Source: an uncultured Centipeda sp. (lineage in GTDB: Bacteria; Bacillota; Negativicutes; Selenomonadales; Selenomonadaceae). Taken from it: a stretch of DNA of 64,000 bases. Location: contig CAJPQT010000016.1 in NCBI GenBank assembly GCA_905372865.1, positions 1,777-65,776 on the forward strand, given 5' to 3'. A program made the position numbers and the translations under genes. Positions 16,156-26,086 of the stretch are shown here, piece after piece. Numbering within the stretch: position 1 is the stretch's first letter; each line of letters starts with the position of its first letter. Under the pieces are notes generated by a model that ran no database searches, was not told where the DNA came from, and was given only the letters and a program-made list of their open reading frames with translations.

Positions 16156-17919
16156 ATGCAGGATCAGCCGCCGAAGGCAGAACATGCGGCAGAGGAAAAG
16201 ATCAACTGGCTGAGACTTGCCACAAAATTTTCTGATGATGGGGATTTGAAGGGCATGCGTGCCTGTGCCAAAGAAGTTGATCGATTGATGGCCGGAGACA
16301 TTGACGCGACCGCTGTGAATGCTGAGGTGGCACTCTACAGCGGCCGTATCGACGAGGCCGAGGAGCTGGCCGGTAAGGTGCTGCGCATTCAGCCGCGCCA
16401 TCCCCGTGCACGCATGGTCTTAGCCGGGCTCGCCGCACTGGAGTTTCGCCTAGATGATGAGATCCCACTGCTTGCTGATCTGATCGAGGAATTGACTTAT
16501 AAGGCCAAGGTGCTTGGTGAAGAGGATCCCTCTTATGCCATTTATCATCAGATGCTCAAACGTGCGCGCGGTTGGCTTGCCGACGCACTCTACCTCGCGG
16601 GAGAGGCAAAGGGCGCTGCGCATGAACTTCTGATGTCCAGTCGTCTTGCGGATGAGACGGATGAGGCAGCGGATCTCTACAGCAAATATCTCTTTATGCG
16701 CAACTATCGGTATCTCGGGGCAAAAGACGGGCGACTGAAGGCCGAACACTATGAGAGCCTGCTTGATGTGCACCCTTATAAACATGACAATGCAGCACGA
16801 ACGGCCAGAAGAAAGCTTCGCATTGGCTATATATCGCCGGATTTTCGGGAACATTCGGTATCATATTTTCTGCCTCCTCTGCTTCGGCATTTTGACGGCG
16901 AGCAGTTCATGGTCTTTTGCTATGCGACGGGGAGAAGTGACGCGGTAACGGAACGACTTCGTACGCGCCGTGTAACATGGCGTGATCTGCGGGGGCGTCC
17001 TCCACGGACGGCGGCACGCCTGATCGCAGAGGATAAGATTGATATACTTGTGGATCTCTCCGGACATTCACAGGATAATGCATTGCCGATTATGGCACAT
17101 CGTCCTGCACCTGTTCAAGTTTCCGGCATTGGATATACAAATACGACGGGGCTGCGTGCCATCGACTACTTTCTGTCCGATGAGATCTGTATTCCCAAGG
17201 GGGATACAGCGGCAGAGGCTGGGTTTGTCGAACGAATTTTGCGCCTTTCGCACTCCCATCTCTGTTACGCACCGGAGTTGATTCGCGTGATGCCGGAGGC
17301 AGGCTATGAGCCGCCAATGCGTAAAAATGGTTATGTGACGTTTGGCAGTTTCAATAACTTTGCCAAAGTGACGGATGAGACGTTGCTTTTGTGGCGTGGA
17401 ATATTGGAGTCCGTGCGCGACTCAAAACTCGTCATCAAGGGGAAGATCGCCAGCATTGACGCAGGGATCAACTTTGCAAAGAAGCGTTTTTCCATGCTCA
17501 GCTACGACCTTGCGCGGGTGGAGTTTCGCCCGTATAGTCCGGATTATCTTGAGCAGTATCGGGATATCGACATTGCGCTTGATACGGCGCCTTACAACGG
17601 CGGACTGACTACGTGTGAGGCGCTCTATATGGGGGTTCCCGTCATTTCGCTGCGTGGACGTACGCACGGCTCACGCTTTGGCGCGTCTATTCTGACGAAT
17701 GCAGGCGTGCGTGAGCTTGTCGCTGAAAATGACATCAACTACGTGCGCCGTGCGGTTCAGCTCGCGGAGACACCGAAGCTCCTGGAGGCATATCATATGG
17801 GGCTGCGTGCTAATATGAAGCGCTCTCCTCTGATGAATATTGAGGGCTATATGGAAGAGCTGGAGACGGCCTATCAGGAGATCTGGGAAAATTTTTGTAA
17901 ATCCAACTCCATGATGTGA
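16156..17919 (+). CDS. TPR-repeat protein fused to a GT41 (O-GlcNAc-transferase/SPINDLY-like) glycosyltransferase domain
   Basis: The N-terminal half is helical repeats. The C-terminal RIGYISPDFREHSVSYF...VDLSGHSQDNALPIMAHRPAPVQVSGIGYTNTTGL is GT41-like. ATG lies 9 nt after AAAGGAGG. Confidence 0.75.
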   Translation: MQDQPPKAEHAAEEKINWLRLATKFSDDGDLKGMRACAKEVDRLMAGDIDATAVNAEVALYSGRIDEAEELAGKVLRIQPRHPRARMVLAGLAALEFRLDDEIPLLADLIEELTYKAKVLGEEDPSYAIYHQMLKRARGWLADALYLAGEAKGAAHELLMSSRLADETDEAADLYSKYLFMRNYRYLGAKDGRLKAEHYESLLDVHPYKHDNAARTARRKLRIGYISPDFREHSVSYFLPPLLRHFDGEQFMVFCYATGRSDAVTERLRTRRVTWRDLRGRPPRTAARLIAEDKIDILVDLSGHSQDNALPIMAHRPAPVQVSGIGYTNTTGLRAIDYFLSDEICIPKGDTAAEAGFVERILRLSHSHLCYAPELIRVMPEAGYEPPMRKNGYVTFGSFNNFAKVTDETLLLWRGILESVRDSKLVIKGKIASIDAGINFAKKRFSMLSYDLARVEFRPYSPDYLEQYRDIDIALDTAPYNGGLTTCEALYMGVPVISLRGRTHGSRFGASILTNAGVRELVAENDINYVRRAVQLAETPKLLEAYHMGLRANMKRSPLMNIEGYMEELETAYQEIWENFCKSNSMM

Positions 17920-17954
17920 TACAGCTTGATTGATGACGAGAAGGGAGGAAAAGA

Positions 17955-20900
17955 ATGTCCTTTGCCCATCTACATGTGCATACCGAGTACAGTCTGCTCG
18001 ACGGAGCCAGCCGAATCAAAGAGCTCATCCGACGTACGAAAGAACTCGGGATGGATTCGGTTGCCATTACTGATCACGGTGTGATGTACGGCACTGTCCG
18101 ATTTTATAAGGAAGCAAAGGCACAGGGCATTCATCCCGTCATTGGATGCGAGGTCTATCTTGCACCGGGGCATCGGCAGGAACGTGCGGAGGTGGATGGT
18201 ACACGCTACTATCATCTGATTCTCCTTGCCGAAAACGAAGTCGGTTATCGAAATCTGGTTCAACTCATATCCCTCGCCAATATCGAGGGATATTATTATA
18301 AGCCGCGTATTGACAAAGAACTGCTGCGTCAATACCATGATGGTATCATAGCACTCTCTGCCTGTGTGGCAGGGGAGATTCCGCAAGCGATTCTGCGCGG
18401 GGACAGTGATCGGGCGAATGCTTTGATTCGCGAATATGTGGAGATCTTTGGGCAGGATAATTTTTTCCTTGAGATTCAGGATCACGGGTTGCCCGAGGAA
18501 AAGACCGTCAACCGAGCGCTGCGTGATCTTGCCCAAAAGCACGACATCGGTCTTGTTGCAACGAATGATGTTCACTATGTCCATGCAGACGACAGTGAGT
18601 TTCATGACATTCTACTTTGCGTGCAGACCGGACGAACGATCAACGATCCCGACCGCATGCGCTTCTCCGGTCCCGATTACTATCTGAAATCAGAGGAGGA
18701 GATGACGGCTCTTTTTGTAGACTGCCCTGAGGCGATTGAGAATACGGCAAAGATTGCCGCACGCTGTCAGGTGGATTTTACATTCGGTGAGCTGCAGCTT
18801 CCGTTCTACCCGCTGCCGGACCACTATGAGAGCGACGATGCCTATTTGCGTGTTCTCTGTGAGGAGCGTATTCTTGCACGCTATCCAAATGCAGCGGACG
18901 AGGTTCGTGCACGTCTGGACTATGAGCTCGGCGTCATTCATGGCATGGGGTATGCAAGCTATTTTCTCATCGTGTGGGATTTTATCAACTACGCGCGTGA
19001 GCACGGTGTTGAAGTCGGTCCCGGGCGCGGGTCGGCAGCGGGCAGCATTGTAGCCTATCTCCTTGGCATCACGAACATTGACCCACTCCAGTATGCACTC
19101 CTCTTTGAGCGATTTCTCAATCCCGAACGCGTCTCCATGCCGGATATTGATATCGACTTTGACGATATCAATCGCGGACGGGTGATTTCGTATGTCAAGG
19201 AGCGCTACGGCGAAGATCATGTCGCGCAGATTGCAACGTTCGGTACGATGGGGGCAAAGGGAGCGATCCGCGATGTCGGGCGCGTACTTGAAATGTCGTT
19301 CAGCGAAGTATCTGCCATCACCAAGCTCGTCCCGGCGGAACTGAATATCACGTTGGAGCGTGCACTTCATGAGTCCTCGGATTTCAGGCGCGTTTACGAG
19401 GGGGACGAGAGCGTTCGCAGGGTGATCGACCTCGCACGGAGGATCGAGGGACTGCCGCGCAACATCTCCATCCATGCGGCAGGCGTGGTGATTGCGAAGA
19501 ATCCGCTTGCAAGCCAGGTGCCCGTGTGGGTTTCGGATGGTACACTGGTCACGGAGTTTGACAAGGATGATGTGGAGGGGTTGGGCCTCCTCAAAATGGA
19601 TTTTCTGGGACTTCGTACACTCACCATCATTGCGGATACTGTTCGTCATGTGTATGCATCGCACGGCATCGAGCTGGATGTCGATGCAATACCGCTTGTG
19701 GACGAAAAAACCTCACAAATGCTGTGCAATGGTGATACGGGCGCTGTCTTTCAGATGGAATCAGCGGGCATGACAAATCTCGTCAAGGATCTCCAGCCAA
19801 AGGGGTTCGTCGATCTCATCCCGACCGTTGCTCTCTATCGGCCGGGCCCCTTAGGCAGCGGCATGGTGACGGACTTCATCGACGGGCTGCATGGCAAGAA
19901 AGATGTTGTCTATATGCATCCCTTGCTCGAACCGATTCTGAAGGAGACGTTCGGTGTCGTGCTCTATCAGGAGCAGGTTATGCAGATTGTTCAGGTGCTC
20001 GCGGGGTTCAGTCTCGGGCAGGCGGATCTCCTGCGCCGTGCGATGGGAAAGAAGAAGCACGACCTCCTAATGGCGCAGAAGGAGATTTTTCTGCAGGGCT
20101 GTGCAAAGAATGGGCTTGAGGCATCGCTCGCGAATCACATCTTCGACCTGCTGACGCATTTTGCGGACTACGGCTTCAATAAATCCCACAGTGCCGCCTA
20201 TGGTCTGCTCGCATGGCAGACGGCATATCTCAAAGCGCACTATCCCGTGGAGTTTATGGCGGGCGTATTGACGAGCATCATGGACAAGACGGACAAGATC
20301 CCCGTCTATATCCAGCTCTGCCGTCGGATGGGAATTCGGATTCTTCCGCCGGACATCAATTCGAGTGCGGCGACGTTCGGCATCGAAAGCGGTGCGATCC
20401 GCTTCGGTCTTGCTGCGGTCCGCAACGTCGGCGAGAATGCGATCGTGAGCATGGAGCGCGTACGATCAGAGGGCGGAAAGTTCCGCTCGCTTGTGGACTT
20501 CTGTGCGCGTGTCGACCTGCGGACGGTCAACAAGCGGGCGATTGAGAGCCTCATCAAATGCGGTGCATTTGACAGCATCGGCATGGAGCGCAATCAACTG
20601 CTTGCCGCGCTCGATGCGGCGATACAGGATGCGGCACGGCGGCAACGGGACATCCTGAGCGGGCAGGGGGGCCTCTTTGGTGAGGAGACAATGGAGGAGG
20701 TTCAGCAGATACGCGCTTTGGCGAACATTCCGCCGAGCACGGCGCGTGAGCGTCTGGCATGGGAGAAAGAGGCGACGGGGTTCTACATCACAGGGCACCC
20801 GCTGGATGATTACAGCGATACACTCTCCTCCCTGCTCTCGATCGGAGAGATTCCAAATGTTGTCCGTAAGGATCGTCAGCTTGTCCGTATCGGTGGAATT

Positions 20901-21347
20901 CTGACGAACACCAAACGCTTCACGACCAAGAAGGGCGACACCATGCTCTTTGCGGAGCTTGAGGATTTCAGCGGAAAGATCGAGGTTACGGTGTTCCCGC
21001 GCGTGTTCTATGCACATGTATCTGATCTGGAGACGGACAGCATCATCGTTGTGCAGGGCCGCGTTGATATGACAGGCGAAGAGCCGAAGCTGCTGGCAGA
21101 TGAGATCTGGCGGATGAGCGAATATCGCGCATCCTTCTATTTAATTCCCTCTGCAGATGCAGATCGACGCACACTGTGGACGGCGATGCAGGAGATTTTT
21201 GCTGCGCACAGAGGAGAACACCCCGTCTTCGTACAGAGTGAGGGGCGATGGCGCAAGCTTGAGGAGCACTGTTGGATCGACGGCTCACCTGCGGTACAAC
21301 AGGAACTCAGGGCGCTCATGGGAGAACGTGCCGTCAAGGTACGATAG
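17955..21347 (+). CDS. dnaE: DNA polymerase III alpha subunit
   Basis: 1130 aa with PHP domain MSFAHLHVHTEYSLLDG, a polymerase core and an OB fold. Confidence 0.95.
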   Translation: MSFAHLHVHTEYSLLDGASRIKELIRRTKELGMDSVAITDHGVMYGTVRFYKEAKAQGIHPVIGCEVYLAPGHRQERAEVDGTRYYHLILLAENEVGYRNLVQLISLANIEGYYYKPRIDKELLRQYHDGIIALSACVAGEIPQAILRGDSDRANALIREYVEIFGQDNFFLEIQDHGLPEEKTVNRALRDLAQKHDIGLVATNDVHYVHADDSEFHDILLCVQTGRTINDPDRMRFSGPDYYLKSEEEMTALFVDCPEAIENTAKIAARCQVDFTFGELQLPFYPLPDHYESDDAYLRVLCEERILARYPNAADEVRARLDYELGVIHGMGYASYFLIVWDFINYAREHGVEVGPGRGSAAGSIVAYLLGITNIDPLQYALLFERFLNPERVSMPDIDIDFDDINRGRVISYVKERYGEDHVAQIATFGTMGAKGAIRDVGRVLEMSFSEVSAITKLVPAELNITLERALHESSDFRRVYEGDESVRRVIDLARRIEGLPRNISIHAAGVVIAKNPLASQVPVWVSDGTLVTEFDKDDVEGLGLLKMDFLGLRTLTIIADTVRHVYASHGIELDVDAIPLVDEKTSQMLCNGDTGAVFQMESAGMTNLVKDLQPKGFVDLIPTVALYRPGPLGSGMVTDFIDGLHGKKDVVYMHPLLEPILKETFGVVLYQEQVMQIVQVLAGFSLGQADLLRRAMGKKKHDLLMAQKEIFLQGCAKNGLEASLANHIFDLLTHFADYGFNKSHSAAYGLLAWQTAYLKAHYPVEFMAGVLTSIMDKTDKIPVYIQLCRRMGIRILPPDINSSAATFGIESGAIRFGLAAVRNVGENAIVSMERVRSEGGKFRSLVDFCARVDLRTVNKRAIESLIKCGAFDSIGMERNQLLAALDAAIQDAARRQRDILSGQGGLFGEETMEEVQQIRALANIPPSTARERLAWEKEATGFYITGHPLDDYSDTLSSLLSIGEIPNVVRKDRQLVRIGGILTNTKRFTTKKGDTMLFAELEDFSGKIEVTVFPRVFYAHVSDLETDSIIVVQGRVDMTGEEPKLLADEIWRMSEYRASFYLIPSADADRRTLWTAMQEIFAAHRGEHPVFVQSEGRWRKLEEHCWIDGSPAVQQELRALMGERAVKVR

Positions 21348-21355
21348 GGGACGAA

Positions 21356-22246
21356 ATGGAAGAACGATTGCAGAAGATCCTCAGCCATGCGGGGATAGCG
21401 TCACGTCGTGCGGCAGAAGAAATGATTCGCGCGGGACGGGTTACGGTGGACGGCGCCGTCATCACGGAATTGGGATGTAAATTTGACGCGGGGTGTCACA
21501 TGATTGCTGTAGATGGTGTCCGTATAGAGCCTAATGAGCAGAAATTCTACATCCTGATCAACAAGCCGCGCGGTTATCTCTCGACGGCACGCGATGATCG
21601 AGGACGTGAAACGGTACTCGATCTCCTGCCAGATTTCCCTGCGCGGCTCTATCCCGTTGGGCGGCTCGATGTCGATACGGAGGGCCTTCTGCTCATTACA
21701 AACGACGGGGCTCTGACGCAGGAGCTGCTCCATCCGCGCTACGAGATCGACAAGGTCTATCACGCAGAGGTCATCGGAACGGTCGATGCAGCGGGGCTGG
21801 CTCAGCTGCGCTCCGGGATCCTCCTTGAGGACGGGATGACAGCGCCGGCAAGAGTTCGTGTTCTGCGGCGTACAGAGGGCCGTACCGTAGTTGAGACCAT
21901 CATACATGAGGGGCGCAACCGCCAGGTGCGGCGTATGTTTGCCGCGATCGGCTGTCATGTCTGCATACTGCGGCGTGTCCGTTTCGCGGGGTTGACACTA
22001 CGGGGGCTTGCCTCAGGCGCATTTCGCCATTTGACTGCGGAGGAGATTGATGAACTGCGAAGATGTGCAGGGGTGATGGATGGTGAATCAAATCGTCATT
22101 GTGGGCGCGGGCCCCGCGGGGATGATGGCGGCAGCAGCGGCGGCAGAGTGCGGCGGAAGCGTTCTGCTCCTCGAGAAGATGCCGCGCGTCGGCCGCAAGA
22201 TGATGATCACGGGAAAGGGGCGCTGCAACGTCACAAGCGCCGATGA
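21356..22246 (+). CDS. rluB: Pseudouridine synthase, RluB/RsuA family, with an Arg/Gly/Asp-rich C-terminal extension
   Basis: S4 domain MEERLQKILSHAGIASRRAAEEMI and catalytic motif GRLDVDTEGLLLITNDG. The 3' end overlaps the next gene by 167 nt. Confidence 0.85.
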   Translation: MEERLQKILSHAGIASRRAAEEMIRAGRVTVDGAVITELGCKFDAGCHMIAVDGVRIEPNEQKFYILINKPRGYLSTARDDRGRETVLDLLPDFPARLYPVGRLDVDTEGLLLITNDGALTQELLHPRYEIDKVYHAEVIGTVDAAGLAQLRSGILLEDGMTAPARVRVLRRTEGRTVVETIIHEGRNRQVRRMFAAIGCHVCILRRVRFAGLTLRGLASGAFRHLTAEEIDELRRCAGVMDGESNRHCGRGPRGDDGGSSGGRVRRKRSAPREDAARRPQDDDHGKGALQRHKRR

Positions 22247-23336
22247 TGTTCCGGACATCATCAGGAATATCATCGGCAACGGCAGATTCCTGAACAGCAG
22301 TCTGCGTGCCTTTGACAATGCGGATGTGATGGCGTTCTTTGAGGGATTGGGTGTCCCCCTTAAGACAGAGCGCGGCAACCGTGTCTTTCCGCAGAGTGAC
22401 CGTGCTGCCGATGTTGTGGATGCTATGATGAAACACCTGCGTGACCAAGAGGTTGAGATTCGCACGAATACCTCAGTGAGCGGCCTCCTCACCGAGGCGA
22501 ATAAAATATGTGGCGTGCGTCTCGTGGACGGCTCGGAGGTCGAGGCAGCCGCTGTGATTCTCGCGATGGGCGGTGCCTCCTATCCCGCGACGGGCTCGAC
22601 GGGGGACGGCTATGTTCTCGCGCGTGCGGTGGGACATACAGTCGCGCCGATCTTTCCTGCGCTTGTCCCTCTCGTGACACGGGAAACGTGGGTCAGGGAG
22701 GTGCAGGGGCTCTCTCTGCGAAATGTGCGTGCGACGCTCTATCATGCGGGGAAGAAGGAGCAGGACTTTTTCGGAGAAATGCTCTTTACGCATTTCGGAG
22801 TAACGGGTCCGATCATCCTCCAGCTGAGCCGCCGCGCATCGGAGCTTCTAAGGGATGGGAAAAAGGACATCGAACTGCGTCTGAACCTCAAACCGGCGTT
22901 GACGCATGAAAAATTGCGGGAGCGTGTGGATCGGGATTTTGCAGCATACGAGCAGAAACACCTCCACAACGGAATGATCGATCTCCTACCCAAGTGTCTG
23001 ATCGACATTGTGCTGAATGCAGCGGGACTTGCCCCCGAGCGCGTCGTCGGACAGATTTCATCAAAGGAGCGGGAACGCCTTGTGCGTGTCTTACAGGCAC
23101 TCCCGCTGACAATCATGGGGACACGCCCCATCGCCGAGGCGATTGTGACGGCGGGCGGTGTCGCGACGCATGAGATCAATCCACGCACGATGGAGTCCAA
23201 GATCGTAAAGCATCTCTATTTTGTCGGAGAACTGGTCGATGTGGACGCCTATACGGGCGGCTACAATCTGCAGGCGGCGTTTTCGATGGGGCACGCTGCA
23301 GGCTGCCATAGCGTTTGGAACTTGGAAGGGACGTAA
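22080..23336 (+). CDS. NAD(P)/FAD-dependent oxidoreductase, HI0933/YhiN (BaiN-like) family
   Basis: N-terminal IVIVGAGPAGMMAA dinucleotide-binding motif and ITGKGRCNVT. Confidence 0.85.
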   Translation: MVNQIVIVGAGPAGMMAAAAAAECGGSVLLLEKMPRVGRKMMITGKGRCNVTSADDVPDIIRNIIGNGRFLNSSLRAFDNADVMAFFEGLGVPLKTERGNRVFPQSDRAADVVDAMMKHLRDQEVEIRTNTSVSGLLTEANKICGVRLVDGSEVEAAAVILAMGGASYPATGSTGDGYVLARAVGHTVAPIFPALVPLVTRETWVREVQGLSLRNVRATLYHAGKKEQDFFGEMLFTHFGVTGPIILQLSRRASELLRDGKKDIELRLNLKPALTHEKLRERVDRDFAAYEQKHLHNGMIDLLPKCLIDIVLNAAGLAPERVVGQISSKERERLVRVLQALPLTIMGTRPIAEAIVTAGGVATHEINPRTMESKIVKHLYFVGELVDVDAYTGGYNLQAAFSMGHAAGCHSVWNLEGT

Positions 23337-23340
23337 ATGA

Positions 23341-24645
23341 ATGACTGAGATGAAGACGATTGAACCTGCGCGCCATGGTTGGCAGGGCACGATCGATGTA
23401 CCGGGGGATAAATCCATCTCGCACCGTAGCGTCATGTTTGCGGGGCTGGGCAACACGCCCGTGCATATCAGAAATTTCCTCCATGCGGCGGACTGTCTGT
23501 CGACGGTCGGCGTGATGCGTGCGCTTGGCACGGCAATCGAATTTTTGAACGAGAACGAACTGATTGTTACGGGAAAAGGCCTATACGGGCTGTCCGAGCC
23601 GTTGACCGTACTCGATGCTGGAAACTCGGGGACGACACTGCGCCTCATGATGGGACTGCTCGCGCCGCAGCCGTTCCTCTCCGTGTTCAGCGGCGATGCC
23701 TCGCTGACGCGCCGTCCGATGGGGCGCGTGCTCCTACCGCTCTCCGAAATGGGGGCACGTATCTACGGGCGCAATGTGAACAACAATCTCCCACTCACGA
23801 TCGTACCGACGGGGGAGAAGCTGCGGGGGATTCACTACAACAGCCCCGTTGCAAGCGCACAGGTCAAGTCCGCGATCCTGCTCGCGGGGCTCTATGCGGA
23901 TGCGCCGACAACGGTGACAGAGCCGTATGTCTCGCGCGACCATACGGAGCAGATGCTCGCGGGCTTCGGCGTTCATCTCAAGCGCACGGGGACGAGCGTC
24001 ACCGTTTTCCCCGTGGAGGAGGGGAGCTATCGTGCGCCCGATGAGATCACGGTGCCGGGTGACATCAGCTCGGCGGCATACTTTCTCGTCGCGGGGAGCA
24101 TTATCAAGGATAGCCGCCTCCTGCTGCGGAATGTTGGCATCAATCCGACACGTACGGGCATTCTGGACGTGCTCGCGGAGATGGGCGCACACATTGCGGT
24201 GCAGAATGAGCGCATGAGCGGCGGTGAGTGCGTTGCCGACCTCGCGGTCGAGACAGCAGAGCTGCGCGGCACTTCCTTCGGTGCGGAGATCATGCCGCGC
24301 CTCATCGACGAGATTCCGATTCTCGCCGTCGCCGCGCTCTTTGCCAAGGGCGACACCGTCATCACGGGTGCAGGTGAACTGCGCGTAAAGGAGACCGATC
24401 GTCTGCATGCAATCGCGACGGAGTTCCAAAAGCTTGCCCCCGGCAGCATTGAGGAACGCGAGGATGGGCTCATCATTCATGGGAAACCAGAGATGCAAAG
24501 GGGGCAGGCGAGCAGTTATGGTGATCATCGTATGGCAATGTCGCTTGCCGTACTCGGCGCGGCGGCGGACGGTGTAATTATTGAGGAACCGGACAGCGTG
24601 AACATTTCTTATCCGATTTTTTTTGCTGAAATCGAACGGATGTAA
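23341..24645 (+). CDS. aroA: 3-phosphoshikimate 1-carboxyvinyltransferase (EPSP synthase)
   Basis: VPGDKSISHRSVMFAGL, LDAGNSGTTLRLMMG, and 434 aa in length. Confidence 0.95.
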   Translation: MTEMKTIEPARHGWQGTIDVPGDKSISHRSVMFAGLGNTPVHIRNFLHAADCLSTVGVMRALGTAIEFLNENELIVTGKGLYGLSEPLTVLDAGNSGTTLRLMMGLLAPQPFLSVFSGDASLTRRPMGRVLLPLSEMGARIYGRNVNNNLPLTIVPTGEKLRGIHYNSPVASAQVKSAILLAGLYADAPTTVTEPYVSRDHTEQMLAGFGVHLKRTGTSVTVFPVEEGSYRAPDEITVPGDISSAAYFLVAGSIIKDSRLLLRNVGINPTRTGILDVLAEMGAHIAVQNERMSGGECVADLAVETAELRGTSFGAEIMPRLIDEIPILAVAALFAKGDTVITGAGELRVKETDRLHAIATEFQKLAPGSIEEREDGLIIHGKPEMQRGQASSYGDHRMAMSLAVLGAAADGVIIEEPDSVNISYPIFFAEIERM

Positions 24646-24662
24646 AGGAGAAGGATTTTACG

Positions 24663-25316
24663 ATGAAACGCGTGATAGCGATCGACGGCCCTGCGGGTGC
24701 GGGAAAGAGCACCGTTGCAAAGATTGTGGCGGAAAAACTCGGCTATACTTACATCGATACGGGGGCGATGTACCGCGGCGTGGCATGGAAAACGCTCAAG
24801 CAGTCGCAGGAGGCGACGGACGAGGATATCCTCCGCGCCGTTCATGATATCGACGTGCACCTTGCCTGTACGGAGAGCGGCACGCGCGTCACCGTCGACG
24901 GCGCGGATGTGACGGGAGAGATTCGCACGCCCGCGGTCACACACATCGTCTCCCGCGTTGCGGCACTCGGTCCTGTGCGTGAGAAGATGGTGGAGCTGCA
25001 GCGTGCAATGGCGGCGGACGGTGCGGTTGTCATGGATGGACGTGACATTGGGACAAATGTGCTCCCCGATGCCGACGTGAAGATTTTCCTGACGGCATCG
25101 GTCGAGGAGCGTGCGCGTCGCCGCTATGACGAAATGAAGGAAAAGGGCTATGCGGTCGATTTCGACGAACTGAAACAGGAGATTGCCGCACGCGACAAGC
25201 AGGACAGCGAGCGTGCGATCTCCCCCCTGCGTCAGGCGGAGGATGCTGTTTTGCTTGACTCGACGACACTCTCCATTGATGACGTTGTTGCGCGCATCAT
25301 GGAACTCTCGGAATAG
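24663..25316 (+). CDS. cmk: Cytidylate kinase
   Basis: IAIDGPAGAGKSTVAK...YIDTGAMYR. Confidence 0.95.
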   Translation: MKRVIAIDGPAGAGKSTVAKIVAEKLGYTYIDTGAMYRGVAWKTLKQSQEATDEDILRAVHDIDVHLACTESGTRVTVDGADVTGEIRTPAVTHIVSRVAALGPVREKMVELQRAMAADGAVVMDGRDIGTNVLPDADVKIFLTASVEERARRRYDEMKEKGYAVDFDELKQEIAARDKQDSERAISPLRQAEDAVLLDSTTLSIDDVVARIMELSE

Positions 25317-25328
25317 GCAGGGACAGTC

Positions 25329-25931
25329 ATGTTGTACAGATTTTTACAGATCGTATTTCGACTGCTTTTTTACACTGTGTTTCGCACGCGCGTCTACGGA
25401 CGCGAGAACATACCGAAGGAGGGGGCCGTGATCCTCGCAGCGAATCATGCGAGCAACATTGACCCGCCGCTGATGGCGAGCCTCATTGAGCGTCCTGTCA
25501 GCTATATGGCGAAGATCGAGCTGTTCGAGAATCCGATCTTTGGCGCAGCGATTCGCCGCTGTCACGCATTCCCCGTGAAGCGCGGTGCATCCGACCGCGG
25601 TGCGATCAAGGCTGCCGTTACGGTGCTCAAGGAGGGTCACATGCTCGGACTTTTCCCCGAGGGTACGCGCAGCAAGACGGGTGAGCTGCAAAAGGCGGAG
25701 GCGGGTATCGCCCTGATCGCCTCCATGACAGGGGCACCAATTGTGCCTGTTGCCATACTGAACTCGCACCGCATCTTTGCCAATGGCGGATTGCTTCCGC
25801 AGCTGCGCATCATGTACGGTGCACCGATCTCCTTTCAGGGCGACCGCAAAAGTAAGGAAGCGCTCGACGCCTTTTCTGCCGAAATCATGGCGCATATCGA
25901 ACGGATGAGGGATGCGCTCAGTAAAATGTGA
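25329..25931 (+). CDS. plsC: 1-acyl-sn-glycerol-3-phosphate acyltransferase
   Basis: NHASNIDP (HxxxxD) and FPEGTRS motifs. Confidence 0.9.
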   Translation: MLYRFLQIVFRLLFYTVFRTRVYGRENIPKEGAVILAANHASNIDPPLMASLIERPVSYMAKIELFENPIFGAAIRRCHAFPVKRGASDRGAIKAAVTVLKEGHMLGLFPEGTRSKTGELQKAEAGIALIASMTGAPIVPVAILNSHRIFANGGLLPQLRIMYGAPISFQGDRKSKEALDAFSAEIMAHIERMRDALSKM

Positions 25932-26086
25932 GATCAGCCGTTTTTGTCCTGTTCCGCAGTCGATACAGATGTAGGAACGCGATAAAAACGGCTTATTCTA
26001 TTGGAAGTCCTATAACATATTCCATAGAAATTATGCAGACAATTTACAGACAAGTGGAATAATATGAGGAACAGAGAGGGGGATAT

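Noticed and set aside
21272-21355. Upstream start of the rluB ORF, overlapping the end of dnaE.
   Set aside because: The conserved S4-domain N-terminus begins at MEERLQKIL (21356). The extension has no support.
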